Virus record (IMG/VR): IMGVR_UViG_3300032247_000914
Coordinates: 7,084-71,083 of that record
From: a virus
Lineage: Duplodnaviria; Caudoviricetes
Length of the DNA: 64,000 nt
Direction: 5' to 3' (one strand)
Position 1 is the stretch's first letter, and each line of letters begins with the position of its first letter. Below, piece by piece: positions 10,524 to 20,818 of the stretch. The notes under the pieces were generated by a model that saw nothing but the letters and a program-made list of their open reading frames with translations, was not told where the DNA came from and ran no database searches. A program made the position numbers and the translations under genes.

Positions 10524-11507
10524 TCAATAAAGTTCAAACCATAGCATCGTCGAAGCTCCTTGTGCTCCAGAGAACTGAAAGGTAAATTTATAAGTGGCGC
10601 CTGGGGGTACAATTAAACTTATGTGGCTTACCGAAGCGGCTGCGCCAGCAGGCCAACTTCCTTGAGACTGTGCTGTTAGAATACCGTTAACGTGTGCCGC
10701 TAAAGATGTATATTGGTAAGAGTCAGACGATACCGTAACCATAATTGGATATACATTGGTATTGGTATATGTGGTCTCCATTACTCGGCTACTTGTTACA
10801 TCATGCCATGTTTCTCCACCAAATCCCAATCCTTGAGTTATTCCAGTATTACCACGGGATCCAGTATATCCTGTAGATCCCGGCGTGGTGCTGGCTGAAC
10901 CTGTGTAACCGGTCCCAATTGATCCAGTATACCCTGCTACTGTGCTTGCTGAGCCTGTATAACCAACACTTCCAGTATAACCCAAACTACCAGTATAGCC
11001 TTGTGAGCCTGTATATCCATATCCAACAGAAATACCGTTTCGATATATTGATCCCCCCACATACAAATCTTTACCAACTCCAGCCCCGCCTTGGATCTGA
11101 ACAGCTCCTGTGGCAGTGGATGTTGCGTTAGTGTTAGTGAATATTACGGAGTTAACAAATGTAACAGTAGAATAAAAGATATTGGCGTTTTGTTCGACCA
11201 CACCCAATTCGGCATTTATTAGATTGTTCACATATGATTGTGTGGCAAATGTGCTAACATATGAACTAAGGGTGTTAAGACTATTTTGGAATAGTACTAG
11301 CGTGGCAGTTACATTGGCATATTGTGCTAGAATTGTATCAGCAGTACTTGTACTAATTGAATTAGTGTTAGAAAAAATACTGTTTACAACCGACAAATTG
11401 TTGTAGACTTCAGTAAAATTGGTATTTATTTTATCAAAAGCGGTTCGAATACTGTCTCCGGTGCCATCATTAGCTTGACCACCAATATTAATTGTATTTT
11501 GACTCAT
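10524..11507 (-). CDS. Baseplate-associated fiber protein (T4 gp9/10-like N-terminus)
   Basis: TINIGGQANDGTGDSIRTAFDKINTNF; short collagen tract; TWHDVTSSR...YTNT..PIMV fiber tip. Confidence 0.75.
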   Translation of the reverse strand: MSQNTINIGGQANDGTGDSIRTAFDKINTNFTEVYNNLSVVNSIFSNTNSISTSTADTILAQYANVTATLVLFQNSLNTLSSYVSTFATQSYVNNLINAELGVVEQNANIFYSTVTFVNSVIFTNTNATSTATGAVQIQGGAGVGKDLYVGGSIYRNGISVGYGYTGSQGYTGSLGYTGSVGYTGSASTVAGYTGSIGTGYTGSASTTPGSTGYTGSRGNTGITQGLGFGGETWHDVTSSRVMETTYTNTNVYPIMVTVSSDSYQYTSLAAHVNGILTAQSQGSWPAGAAASVSHISLIVPPGATYKFTFQFSGAQGASTMLWFELY

Positions 11508-11564
11508 TGAGATTATTCCTCTATAGGCTACTATAGAGGTATTTACCTAAAACGGCCACCAAAA

Positions 11565-11789
11565 TCAGTGTAGAGTTCTATTCTCTAATTCGTGTATATC
11601 GTCAATTCCAAATATACTCAAAATCAATTTTATTTCTTCTGGAGGATCTTCCATTAAATGTTGTGGGATCATGAAACTTTTTAATTCGCCATCTGGGCCT
11701 ATTACAAATCCGAAATCATCTGGACCATAATCTTCAGTTTCTTCATATTCTTCAATTTCAACTATTGCTTCGACATTGTTGTTGGGCAT
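11565..11789 (-). CDS. Hypothetical acidic protein
   Basis: 74 aa ORF with GGAG upstream. Confidence 0.6.
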   Translation of the reverse strand: MPNNNVEAIVEIEEYEETEDYGPDDFGFVIGPDGELKSFMIPQHLMEDPPEEIKLILSIFGIDDIHELENRTLH

Positions 11790-11837
11790 ACTTCTTCTCC
11801 ATATAGAGTATATTATATCTTAGACAGTGTGCTGTCT

Positions 11838-12422
11838 TTAACTTTCAACCAATCCATTGCCCTCCATTTTTATATTAATTCTATCCCAATCCATAATTTT
11901 CCAAATATTTTCTAAATATTTGTCTTTATGACTTTGATAGTCTAAAGCCCAGGCATGCTCCCACCAATCTACTAACACCAGTATATCATTTTTGATTTCA
12001 TGATTAACTATAGTCTTAATCTTACCATCGGTGCTTAAATAAACCCAGCCGGATCCCTGTACCTTCATGGCCACATCTTTAAACTCCTCTTTGAATTTAT
12101 CCCAACTTTTAAAATGCTGGTTGATATACTCCAAAATTGCCCCTACAGGTTTATTGTTGCCTCTGGGCGGTCTTAATTGTGGGAAATAAATGCTGTGTAG
12201 AAATGCGCCAGCTTCGTTGAAATCAGCATCTCCTTCACCTGCGTTAAATCTATCCACATACCCTTTGTACAACTGACCAAAATGGTATTCTATAGTTTGC
12301 TTACTTTGACTGCGTCCTAATCCGTCTTTGGGATAGGGCAGTGTAACCTGTACTAGTTTCTTTTTGGGAATTGACTCGTTAAGTGATTTTATAAAATTGT
12401 ACATAGGTAAATATTTTGTCAA
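11838..12422 (-). CDS. Fe/Mn superoxide dismutase
   Basis: IEYHF, FLHSIYF, GSGWVYL, DWWEHAWALDY motifs. Confidence 0.9.
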   Translation of the reverse strand: MTKYLPMYNFIKSLNESIPKKKLVQVTLPYPKDGLGRSQSKQTIEYHFGQLYKGYVDRFNAGEGDADFNEAGAFLHSIYFPQLRPPRGNNKPVGAILEYINQHFKSWDKFKEEFKDVAMKVQGSGWVYLSTDGKIKTIVNHEIKNDILVLVDWWEHAWALDYQSHKDKYLENIWKIMDWDRINIKMEGNGLVES

Positions 12423-12584
12423 GTGGTTAACAGGGCATCCAAGGACCCCTAACTACGAGCTTTCCCTGTCTTTGCGTAGTACAGCCAATGTGGCTTAAAG
12501 GTAAATTGGCACTTGACTTCATTTTTTGCATACCAGTATTTAGTGGCTGTTAAATAACTGTACATTTATAAAGGAATCCATGTC

Positions 12585-12899
12585 ATGGAAATTATTATTG
12601 GTTTAATCGTATTAGTAGGCTTAGGTTATTTTATTCTTCGTCCAAAGAAGGTTGAAGTTGCGGAAGCTGTCCCATACAAAGTAGAAACTCCAGCCCCTGT
12701 GGTTGAAGAAGCCCCCGCTCCCACTCCAGCCCCTGTGGTTGAAGAAGCCCCAGCTAAAAAGACACGTAAACCACGTGCTCCTAAAGCAGAAGTAGTGGTC
12801 AAAGAAAAAGCCCCAGCAAAAGCCAAGGCTCCTCGTAAGACCGCTGAAAAGGCTCCTGCCGTTAAAAAGCCACGTGCTCCACGTTCAAAGAAGGCCTAA
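12585..12899 (+). CDS. Membrane-anchored Pro/Ala/Lys-rich low-complexity protein
   Basis: N-terminal TM helix; PAPVVEEAP x2; basic KAPRK tail. Confidence 0.7.
   Translation: MEIIIGLIVLVGLGYFILRPKKVEVAEAVPYKVETPAPVVEEAPAPTPAPVVEEAPAKKTRKPRAPKAEVVVKEKAPAKAKAPRKTAEKAPAVKKPRAPRSKKA
12687..12751 (+). repeat. 29-bp direct repeat x2 (period 36)
   Basis: actccagcccctgtggttgaagaagcccc at 12687 and 12723. Confidence 0.9.
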
Positions 12900-13913
12900 T
12901 TCTTTAGCTTGTTTGGCAAGGGCAAAGCTAGCTAAATTTTTAGCCTTGGCTTCGATCATCATATCGAACCGATCTAGGAATTGTAATGCCCACTCATTGG
13001 CTTCGGTGTTCCACATAAAATTACTGTGGGCCCGAAGTTTTTGTTTTTTGTAGCCTTCAGTTAGAAGAAGATCAAGCGCAGGCCTGGTAGCACTGCTATG
13101 ACCCACAAGGCAATCTTCCCTACTAACAGAATAATGAAGAGTAGGACGAACACCGCGCCAAGACTGAACAACCCGATCGACACGGCTGTCCATTGGGGAG
13201 ATGTATTCTCCTGTTTTGATCCAATGATGGTGAATATCCAGTACGATAGGCACCACATCACCAAGCTCAAGGCAATCATCCAATCCATAACTTATTTCCT
13301 CGTTTTCAATTGTAATACAATTCCGGGCTTCGGGGGTAAGGCGTTGGTAGGCAGCGCGAATACCTTGGGGACCGGCTCTACCCGAGATGTGGACGTTGAT
13401 CTTAAAGTCTTGGAAGGTCTTACCGTATCCCATCCATTTTGCCATATCCGCATGGTATTCAAATTCCTCTATGCTACGGTCCACAATGTTGGGGTCGGCG
13501 CTGGCGAGTACTGTAAACTGTCCTGGATGAAAACTAGTGCGTACACCACAAGATCTAGCAAGGTCACCAACACGGTTAAAAGCAGATTCGCAATAGTTAA
13601 CAACATCACTTCGACGCCAAAAATAACTCCAATCACGCTGGGTATACACAGGTAAAATATCGCTACTAAGGCGAACCATTTTAAGATTGTCTTCAAGATT
13701 TCCAACTCGTTCTACCAATAATCTAGTTGATTCAATATTTTGTACCATGATGTCCCAGAGCTTTTGTTCTGCTACATCTTTCTTTTGTCTATTTAACCAC
13801 GAAACAGTGGTACCACCTGTATTGTATTTTTTAGCATCATCTGTAGATTTAATGCCATCTACCTGTCCTGCGTGATCAATCCACTTACAGGCAAAACCAA
13901 TTCGTTTATTCAC
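12885..13913 (-). CDS. uvsE: UV damage endonuclease
   Basis: RIGFACK, RLSSDILP, SFHPGQF, INVHISG, ITIENEE, LDIHHH motifs. Confidence 0.92.
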   Translation of the reverse strand: MNKRIGFACKWIDHAGQVDGIKSTDDAKKYNTGGTTVSWLNRQKKDVAEQKLWDIMVQNIESTRLLVERVGNLEDNLKMVRLSSDILPVYTQRDWSYFWRRSDVVNYCESAFNRVGDLARSCGVRTSFHPGQFTVLASADPNIVDRSIEEFEYHADMAKWMGYGKTFQDFKINVHISGRAGPQGIRAAYQRLTPEARNCITIENEEISYGLDDCLELGDVVPIVLDIHHHWIKTGEYISPMDSRVDRVVQSWRGVRPTLHYSVSREDCLVGHSSATRPALDLLLTEGYKKQKLRAHSNFMWNTEANEWALQFLDRFDMMIEAKAKNLASFALAKQAKELGLL

Positions 13914-14368
13914 TTTTGACTTTCTTTAGTTAACGCACATACCAATTGAAATTGTTCGTAGGCCTTACGAACTGCGGAGTTAGACATCAACTTGTTGGCC
14001 TCTTCCATCATGGCTTTGACGCCGGCTTCAGCACAATCATGTACACTAAGTCCATGTAGTGTACACAGCTCATCGCCAAATGCTTTAGCCAAAGCCTCCC
14101 ATGCTTGTTTCTGCTTTGGAGTAATGGGAGTTTGTTTAGGACGTAGTTCGCTAGCCTTGCTGATAGCCCTGCAGATAGCATCTTCGGCCACACGTCCTGC
14201 GGCAATCATAGCCGCATAGTTAGGGTCAATATTAAACCTACGACTAGTGCCTCCGGGATAAGACATAACCAAATGATTGCCTTTTGGAAAACTATCCAAA
14301 AAATTGTTGTCATATTCGGCAACCGGGACATAACGTCTTCCAATTTTTTCATAATAGATCTTTTTCAT
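13910..14368 (-). CDS. Hypothetical phage protein
   Basis: Start reassigned to MKKIYYEK. Confidence 0.6.
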   Translation of the reverse strand: MKKIYYEKIGRRYVPVAEYDNNFLDSFPKGNHLVMSYPGGTSRRFNIDPNYAAMIAAGRVAEDAICRAISKASELRPKQTPITPKQKQAWEALAKAFGDELCTLHGLSVHDCAEAGVKAMMEEANKLMSNSAVRKAYEQFQLVCALTKESQK

Positions 14369-14531
14369 CTTTGGCTTTCTGTATGGACCATGTGCCATCC
14401 TTGTTGTCAATCCATTCTAATGTGTCGCCTTCATGCCATCCCACTTGGTCAAGCATTTCTTGCGGCAGTGGCAGTACCAAATCGCCACTATCGTCGTCGG
14501 CTTCTTCAATTATAACAGTCCAAGTATTCAT
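14349..14531 (-). CDS. AbrB/MazE-like small DNA-binding protein
   Basis: GDLVLPLPQEMLDQVGWHEGDTLEW; ATGA-coupled start at 14531. Confidence 0.6.
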   Translation of the reverse strand: MNTWTVIIEEADDDSGDLVLPLPQEMLDQVGWHEGDTLEWIDNKDGTWSIQKAKDEKDLL

Positions 14532-14671
14532 AGCACTACAGTTGTGATACAAAATGCGCTGACTACAAGGCTAATCCATCCAGATTTATTGTGGCCTCGT
14601 TTAAAACTATCATAAGCAAAAAACGCATTGATAACCCCTAAGAACAAATTTATCCAGCTCATTGTTGTCAT
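14528..14671 (-). CDS. Small two-TM membrane protein (47 aa)
   Basis: Missed by track; GGAG RBS; MTTMSWINLFLGVINAFFAYDSFKRGHNKSGWISLVVSAFCITTVVL. Confidence 0.6.
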   Translation of the reverse strand: MTTMSWINLFLGVINAFFAYDSFKRGHNKSGWISLVVSAFCITTVVL

Positions 14672-14695
14672 ATCAACTCCTAGTAAAATTATATT

Positions 14696-15634
14696 TTACA
14701 CGATTTTACGGAAATAGTCAATTGTTTTTTCCAGTCCCTTGGTCAAATCAATAGTGGGACTCCAATTCAATTTGGATTTGGCTAGAGCAATATTGGGTCT
14801 ACGTTGTTTGGGATCATCCTGTGGTAGGGGCATTTGCAAAATTTGACTATTGGCGCCAGTCAATTCAATAACTTTTTCTGCCAATTCCATCATGGTAAAC
14901 TCACCTGGGTTACCCAAGTTAATTGGTCCTGGAGTGGATGCATCAACATCCAACGCCATATATCTAATCATGCCCTCAATTAAGTCGTCTACATAGCAGA
15001 AACTACGAGTCTGCTGTCCTGAACCATACACGGTAAGATCCTTACCCTGTAGGGCTTGTACAATGAAATTACTGACCACACGACCATCTTGTGTGGCCAT
15101 TCTAGGACCATATGTGTTAAAAATGCGGATAATTCTTACATCCACATTGTGTACACGATAGTAGTCCATGAAAAGAGTTTCTGCGGCACGTTTGCCCTCA
15201 TCATAACAACTACGGATACCAATTGGGTTTACATTGCCCCAGTAGTCTTCGGTTTGTGGGTGTACTGCTGGATCACCGTATACTTCGCTGGTACTGGCCT
15301 GTAAGATTTTAGCACCAGTACGTTTTGCCAAACCCAGCATGTTGTAAGCACCTAATACACTGGTCTTCATGGTTTGGATCGGATCCCATTGATAGTAATA
15401 GGGACTGGCAGGGCAAGCCAAATTATAAATTTCATCCACTTCCACATACAAGGGAAAACAAATGTCTTGACGTATAACTTCAAAGTTTTTGTAATCTAAC
15501 AAATGCTCAATGTTCTTTTTACTACCTGTAAAATAATTGTCCACACACAGCACATGATGACCTTCTCGCACCAGTCTATCGCAGAGATGACTGCCTAAAA
15601 ATCCGGCACCGCCGGTTACCAATATTTTTTTCAT
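14696..15634 (-). CDS. UDP-glucuronate decarboxylase (UDP-xylose synthase)
   Basis: [48 protein letters not shown]. Confidence 0.9.
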   Translation of the reverse strand: MKKILVTGGAGFLGSHLCDRLVREGHHVLCVDNYFTGSKKNIEHLLDYKNFEVIRQDICFPLYVEVDEIYNLACPASPYYYQWDPIQTMKTSVLGAYNMLGLAKRTGAKILQASTSEVYGDPAVHPQTEDYWGNVNPIGIRSCYDEGKRAAETLFMDYYRVHNVDVRIIRIFNTYGPRMATQDGRVVSNFIVQALQGKDLTVYGSGQQTRSFCYVDDLIEGMIRYMALDVDASTPGPINLGNPGEFTMMELAEKVIELTGANSQILQMPLPQDDPKQRRPNIALAKSKLNWSPTIDLTKGLEKTIDYFRKIV

Positions 15635-16410
15635 TTTAAATTTCCAATCGCAATGGTCAGTGCTGTTTTTACATCCTGTATAGGAAATACACTTTGTAAC
15701 TTGTTTGTTCTTAACACGCAATTACTTCTAGGGGCCACTACGGCCTGTTTAAATGCTTCTTCAGTAAAGAACTCTTTGTCCATGCCCATCATGCTGACTA
15801 TTTCTCGAGCATTACTTGAGCCAGGATTACACACATTGTAAATGCCCTTGGCTTTGATTTGGCCCAAAGCACAAGCGACAGCAACACGGGCTACATCTGG
15901 CATATAACTCAAACTGTTATCGTAACTGATCAATTTAGGGTAACGTTTCATTTTGGTCAAAAAGTTTTTGGGATCTTCGTAATCACCAAATGGCATACGA
16001 ATACGTAGAAGATAACTTTTGTGTAAAAACGGCTCCAGCATCTTTTGACCCAATGCCTTTGAACCACTGTAGAAGCTGCCATTACCAAAATCAAAATTTG
16101 GCACATCGTCTTCCGTATACTCTTTATCATAGCCTGAATATACACAGCCACTGCTAATATGAACAATGGGCTTGTTGGGATTACGCCGTTCCAATTCTAC
16201 AGGCCAAATAACGTTGCCGTTAATAGTTTCTTGTTTGTGTGTTTCACAAGCATCCACATTGGGAGATCCTGTGTACCCTGCGGCATTGATGATTGCGGAG
16301 CATTGCGGTATATCATCACGATGTGTGATCCACGTATAGTTTATCTTTTGTGCTTCTAATTCACAGGCAATGTGTTTGGATACATAGCCATGACCAATAA
16401 GTGCTATCAT
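15631..16410 (-). CDS. NDP-4-keto-6-deoxyglucose 3,5-epimerase/4-reductase-like (RmlD family, NRS/ER type)
   Basis: [34 protein letters not shown]. Confidence 0.75.
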   Translation of the reverse strand: MIALIGHGYVSKHIACELEAQKINYTWITHRDDIPQCSAIINAAGYTGSPNVDACETHKQETINGNVIWPVELERRNPNKPIVHISSGCVYSGYDKEYTEDDVPNFDFGNGSFYSGSKALGQKMLEPFLHKSYLLRIRMPFGDYEDPKNFLTKMKRYPKLISYDNSLSYMPDVARVAVACALGQIKAKGIYNVCNPGSSNAREIVSMMGMDKEFFTEEAFKQAVVAPRSNCVLRTNKLQSVFPIQDVKTALTIAIGNLK

Positions 16411-17351
16411 TTTTTGTACCATTTTAAAGTTTTAATCAATCCTGTTTCTAAATCATAGTTGGGCGTGTAGCCTAACTGTGTTTTTATTTTACTATAGTCA
16501 ATTGAATATCGCAAGTCGTGTCCTGCTCTATCATCAACAAAACTGATCAAATCATGTGACTTGCCCAGCATGTCTAAGATTTTCTTGGCTAGGTCTATGT
16601 TACTTAATTCCGAACCACCACCAATATTATATTTTTCGCCCGGTATACCATGCTCTAAAACCATATTAATTGCTTTACAATGATCATCCACATACAACCA
16701 ATCTCTTATGTTTAGTCCTAAACCATATATAGGTATTGGACTATCATTTAGGGCTTTATGTATCACAGTGGGAATGAATTTTTCTTGGTGTTGATTGGGA
16801 CCATAATTATTGCTACAGTTTGTGATAACTGTGGGTAGCCCATATGTTTTATAAAATGCTCTAACAAAACAATCACTAGCCGCTTTACTGGCACTATAAG
16901 GACTATTGGATTGATAATGGCTGGTTTCAGTGAAACTTCGATCTTCGTCAAGTCCCAAACTGCCGTATACTTCATCAGTGCTCACATGAAGGAATTTTTC
17001 AAATTTTGGTATCAATAAAGATTGCTGTAGGAGATTTATTGTTCCATTAATGTTGGTTTGTACAAATGGATTTAAATTTTGTATGCTGTTATCTACATGG
17101 CTTTCTGCAGCAAAGTGCACAACATGACTAGGTTGGTATCTTTGGAAAATTGTATTGACTTTATATTCTACCGTGATATCTGCTGATTCAAAAATAACAA
17201 AACCAGATTCAACCAAGGGATAGATATAATCGTAGTTACTGGCATAGGTTAATTTATCCACACAGACAACTTGTCGATTGGGATTTTCTTGATGCAGTTT
17301 ATGTAGATAATTGGCGCCTATAAATCCAGCACCACCTGTGACCAAAATCAT
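16407..17351 (-). CDS. rmlB: dTDP-glucose 4,6-dehydratase
   Basis: GGAGFIG, DKLTYA, HFAAESHVD, VSTDEVYG, PYSASKA, NCSNNYGP. Confidence 0.92.
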   Translation of the reverse strand: MILVTGGAGFIGANYLHKLHQENPNRQVVCVDKLTYASNYDYIYPLVESGFVIFESADITVEYKVNTIFQRYQPSHVVHFAAESHVDNSIQNLNPFVQTNINGTINLLQQSLLIPKFEKFLHVSTDEVYGSLGLDEDRSFTETSHYQSNSPYSASKAASDCFVRAFYKTYGLPTVITNCSNNYGPNQHQEKFIPTVIHKALNDSPIPIYGLGLNIRDWLYVDDHCKAINMVLEHGIPGEKYNIGGGSELSNIDLAKKILDMLGKSHDLISFVDDRAGHDLRYSIDYSKIKTQLGYTPNYDLETGLIKTLKWYKK

Positions 17352-17830
17352 TCTGGAGTCTTAATCAATTCTGGGCTATATTGCGGTAATGACTTTTCTT
17401 TGTCTTTATCTTTGGCATTTTCTAATTTGGCAGTTCTGGATCGTAGCTCACTGGAACTGTAATTGTGTTGACGTTTGTGGTAATGTAATTCAACGCCATT
17501 ATTCATACACCACTGTTTGCCTGTAAAATCTCTATTGAGATACTCGTCACTCAAAAATCTAATATCAATTTTCTGTGTCATCAACAACTGTAAAAGATCG
17601 TATTCAGTTTCATAGATAAGGATTTCATCCACATACTTACAGGCCTGTAATTGTACATACCGTTCGTAGGCACTTTGAACAGGTTTGTTTTTAATACCAG
17701 GACGATCAATAGTGGGGTCAATTTGTAGAGCCACAATCAAATGATCGCAAAGTTGTTTCTCCATTTTTAACATTGTTACATGCCCGGCATGTAGCAAATC
17801 AAAACTACTACAGTTAAATCCAATTTTCAT
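17348..17830 (-). CDS. Cytidylyltransferase (TagD/RfaE-like)
   Basis: FDLLHAGH HIGH motif; YSSSELR. Confidence 0.85.
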   Translation of the reverse strand: MKIGFNCSSFDLLHAGHVTMLKMEKQLCDHLIVALQIDPTIDRPGIKNKPVQSAYERYVQLQACKYVDEILIYETEYDLLQLLMTQKIDIRFLSDEYLNRDFTGKQWCMNNGVELHYHKRQHNYSSSELRSRTAKLENAKDKDKEKSLPQYSPELIKTPE

Positions 17831-17976
17831 TTATTATCCTTTGGTTGAACAATACCATATTGGCGATACATCCAGGAAATAAATTGCTCAATAGGCAATT
17901 TTGGACCTACTTGTTCTGAGTATACTTTATATGCTATTGTGACTTTTTCTAGCCAATCTTTATCTGTCATGTTCAT
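17827..17976 (-). CDS. Hypothetical protein (49 aa)
   Basis: Start reassigned to MNMTDKDW. Confidence 0.5.
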   Translation of the reverse strand: MNMTDKDWLEKVTIAYKVYSEQVGPKLPIEQFISWMYRQYGIVQPKDNK

Positions 17977-17981
17977 GTTTT

Positions 17982-18140
17982 TTACCAATGTCTGATTACA
18001 CCTGCTATAATAAAGCAGTTTGTTAAAATATATGATAGCACAATGATTGTGCGGATACAAGCAATACGATCTGATTCTTCATCTGTATTGCCTGTTTTTT
18101 CACCAAGGGCCTTGGCCCAAAGTCGCCAAAAACTCTTACC
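17982..18140 (-). CDS. Small membrane protein, start unresolved
   Basis: FWRLWAKALGEK...DRIACIRTIIV with C-terminal TM; no nearby start codon. Confidence 0.4.
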   Translation of the reverse strand, partial: GKSFWRLWAKALGEKTGNTDEESDRIACIRTIIVLSYILTNCFIIAGVIRHW

Positions 18141-18666
18141 CTTCGTATGTAGCCGAATTAGCGCCGTGTTCAAATACTTCAACTGATTTAATCCTAACGG
18201 TTGGGTTAATTGGATAGCGCATATCGCCACCAGCCAAAAGTTCAGCCATTTTATCATAGGCCATCTTGGCAAACATTTCACAGCCTACTCCGGGCACAAT
18301 ACGTAGATCGCACAATGCTCCGCGCTGATAAGGTTCCAGTGTATCAAAACCTTGATTGCCATTTCCGCTACTTGGAATATTACCCATATTAGCCATTTGT
18401 TGGAAAAAGTTCAAATGAGGATCATCATGTGCTATGACCAAAGTATGATCAAACATGTCATCTGCCCATGCTTTAAATTCTTTAAGACCGCCAAAGTCCA
18501 TACACCAGTTTTTGTCATCTAGTGTATCACATTCAAATACAAGTTTAATACCGATTGAGTATCCGTGAAGTGTTGAGCAGTGACTATGGGTCGCTCTCCA
18601 CTGTCTAAAACAGCATGATAAACCCCTATCGTTGCCGTAAGTTTTTGTTGAATAAAATTTTGCCAT
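18136..18666 (-). CDS. queD: 6-carboxytetrahydropterin synthase (QueD/PTPS family)
   Basis: HSHCSTLHGY, DFGGLKEFK, FDHTLVI, VFEHGANSATY. Confidence 0.85.
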   Translation of the reverse strand: MAKFYSTKTYGNDRGLSCCFRQWRATHSHCSTLHGYSIGIKLVFECDTLDDKNWCMDFGGLKEFKAWADDMFDHTLVIAHDDPHLNFFQQMANMGNIPSSGNGNQGFDTLEPYQRGALCDLRIVPGVGCEMFAKMAYDKMAELLAGGDMRYPINPTVRIKSVEVFEHGANSATYEG

Positions 18667-18773
18667 CTCTTGTCTCCTTATGTAGCAAGTTTGATGACAT
18701 GCAGAATTTATATTGCGGGATGAATGCCTGAGGCCGCATGATATAATTATATACTATTATTTAACAAAGTCAA

Positions 18774-19091
18774 TTAATTAGGAAAAGATTTGCGAACTTC
18801 TTCTCGAATTTCTTTGATAGAATCATGTATATCCATTAGTACTTCAGTTTCTTCTTTTCTATGAGATAGTAACCGGCCCATCATGTGCATGGCCCAATAC
18901 CACCAAACAACGGATAACACAATGCCCGCCATGGCTGTGGGCAAATACAATCCAAGATGTTGTAACCAATCTTTGTCAAAAATTAACAATCCGATCACAA
19001 TCAATACACCAGCACTTAATACCAACCAAGCCTTGCGTTGCCAATTCAATTGTTTTAATTCTTTTAAATGTTTTACTAAAATGTGTGCCAT
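18774..19091 (-). CDS. Hypothetical membrane protein
   Basis: Two hydrophobic helices. Confidence 0.6.
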   Translation of the reverse strand: MAHILVKHLKELKQLNWQRKAWLVLSAGVLIVIGLLIFDKDWLQHLGLYLPTAMAGIVLSVVWWYWAMHMMGRLLSHRKEETEVLMDIHDSIKEIREEVRKSFPN

Positions 19092-19149
19092 AATGGTTCC
19101 CCTAAGTAAAAATATTTAATTCACTTGGGGGAGATATTTAACTATCACA

Positions 19150-19743
19150 TTATCTGCTTTCGATTATCTTGTCACATAATCCATAGGCCAAGGCTTCGTC
19201 AGCGCTCATGAATGTGTCTCGGTCCATATCAGTCTCAAACTGTGCGTATGTTTTACCTGCGGTATTGTGTTTCATATAAAGGTCAGTTAGCCGTTTTTTC
19301 CAAAACATGATTTCTTTGTAACTGATTTCAATATCGGATGCCATGCCTCTAGCGCCGCCACTGGGTTGGTGAATCATGTGACGACTGTTGGGTAACATGT
19401 AACGTTTGCCTGCTGTGCCCGCTTGTGCTAAAAAACTGCCCATGCTACAGGCCTGACCCATTACATAGGTGGCCACATCAGGTTTGACAAACTGCATAAC
19501 ATCATAAATGCTCATGCCAGCAGTGATAACACCGCCTGGACTGTTGATATAAAAGTGAATGTCTTTTTCACTGTCAACACTTTCTAAATGTAGAATTTGT
19601 GCCACAACCAAATTGGCACTGTAGTCATCCACTGGTCCATTTAAAAACACAATGCGTTCATTAAGCAAGCGGCTGTAGATATCAAAAGCACGTTCGCCCT
19701 GTCCGGTCTTTTCAACCACCATTGGTACTAGATTGTTATACAT
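19150..19743 (-). CDS. clpP: ATP-dependent Clp protease proteolytic subunit
   Basis: [40 protein letters not shown]. Confidence 0.95.
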   Translation of the reverse strand: MYNNLVPMVVEKTGQGERAFDIYSRLLNERIVFLNGPVDDYSANLVVAQILHLESVDSEKDIHFYINSPGGVITAGMSIYDVMQFVKPDVATYVMGQACSMGSFLAQAGTAGKRYMLPNSRHMIHQPSGGARGMASDIEISYKEIMFWKKRLTDLYMKHNTAGKTYAQFETDMDRDTFMSADEALAYGLCDKIIESR

Positions 19744-19752
19744 AATTTTCCT

Positions 19753-20403
19753 TTAATTATTTCTTGGTAACGGAAGGGTTCTAAGATTCAAACTCAGTAC
19801 CCATCTATCTTGTTGTGTTTGATTTATCTCTGTGTGGTGTCTCAAAAATGGAGCAAAGAATACAACAGTATTGTCCTCAACGGGTATGATATTGCCCAGC
19901 AAGATGTCAGTGTTAACGGCAGCTCTATATCCCATCCAATGATACTCCATGGGATCTGTTATTACCAAGTTACCACTGCCTAGGGGTGCCTGTATATAAG
20001 CACTGACCACTAGATCTGAATACAAATGGTAGTGAGCATTGGTCCACCCACCCTGTTGATGTCTATTGATCCAGCTCTTGGTAATTTCTATATCACTGTA
20101 TTCAAAACGCCATTCATCAAATATACCTCTAGCTTTGTTTCTTACCCAGCTGACAAAATGATTCAGTTCAGGCCAAAGATGTGGCTGATCAGGATCCCTA
20201 CTTATGTTGTTGATGCCATTGATCAAGTCTGCCTTGGCCGAAGTTCCGGCAGAGCCCATCATGAGGGGTTCTTTTTTTGAGTTAAAGTGTGGCTCTTGAG
20301 CCAATGCTAGGCACTTGGGTAACAGTATAATTTTGTTAAAATCATACGTGTCTTCAAATACCAAAGGGCGTGTTATTTTGATTTCTTTAGAAGTCGTCAT
20401 CAA
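19753..20403 (-). CDS. 2OG-Fe(II) oxygenase (TIGR02466-like)
   Basis: SWIN, HYH, LRH, RWVLSLN. Confidence 0.7.
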   Translation of the reverse strand: MMTTSKEIKITRPLVFEDTYDFNKIILLPKCLALAQEPHFNSKKEPLMMGSAGTSAKADLINGINNISRDPDQPHLWPELNHFVSWVRNKARGIFDEWRFEYSDIEITKSWINRHQQGGWTNAHYHLYSDLVVSAYIQAPLGSGNLVITDPMEYHWMGYRAAVNTDILLGNIIPVEDNTVVFFAPFLRHHTEINQTQQDRWVLSLNLRTLPLPRNN

Positions 20404-20818
20404 TCATTTTGGCATTACTCAATCCGGCAATAATTTGGAACTGTTCCCATGCCTTCTTGACTGCGGGATTATTGGTCATTTCATCATTGGGCAATCCTGC
20501 CTCAAGCCAAATGTAGGGCAAGCGCCTTGGATGTGCGCCAAATTGGCGAGGCTGATGCATGCGTCCTGTGTTGTATAATTCTAGAGTAATTTTTCTAAAC
20601 TTTCCTTCATCCTCAGCAGGGTAGGCGCTCCACTCTGGATTACTAAAAGGACTACCAAAAGTTTGTCCACCGCCGTATCCTTCCCAAATACCAGCCCACA
20701 GTACATCGTTGTTGGGATCAAAATCCGTACGAGTAATGATTACTAACACATCTTTAATATCCACAACACCGTCAAAAATATCACGGACACAACGACTATA
20801 ACTTAAACCAATTTTCAT
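20387..20818 (-). CDS. Hypothetical phage protein
   Basis: 143 aa ORF, translationally coupled. Confidence 0.6.
   Translation of the reverse strand: MKIGLSYSRCVRDIFDGVVDIKDVLVIITRTDFDPNNDVLWAGIWEGYGGGQTFGSPFSNPEWSAYPAEDEGKFRKITLELYNTGRMHQPRQFGAHPRRLPYIWLEAGLPNDEMTNNPAVKKAWEQFQIIAGLSNAKMIDDDF

Noticed and set aside
10524-10810. Fiber tip as a DGR target
   Set aside because: No reverse transcriptase or template repeat in the window.
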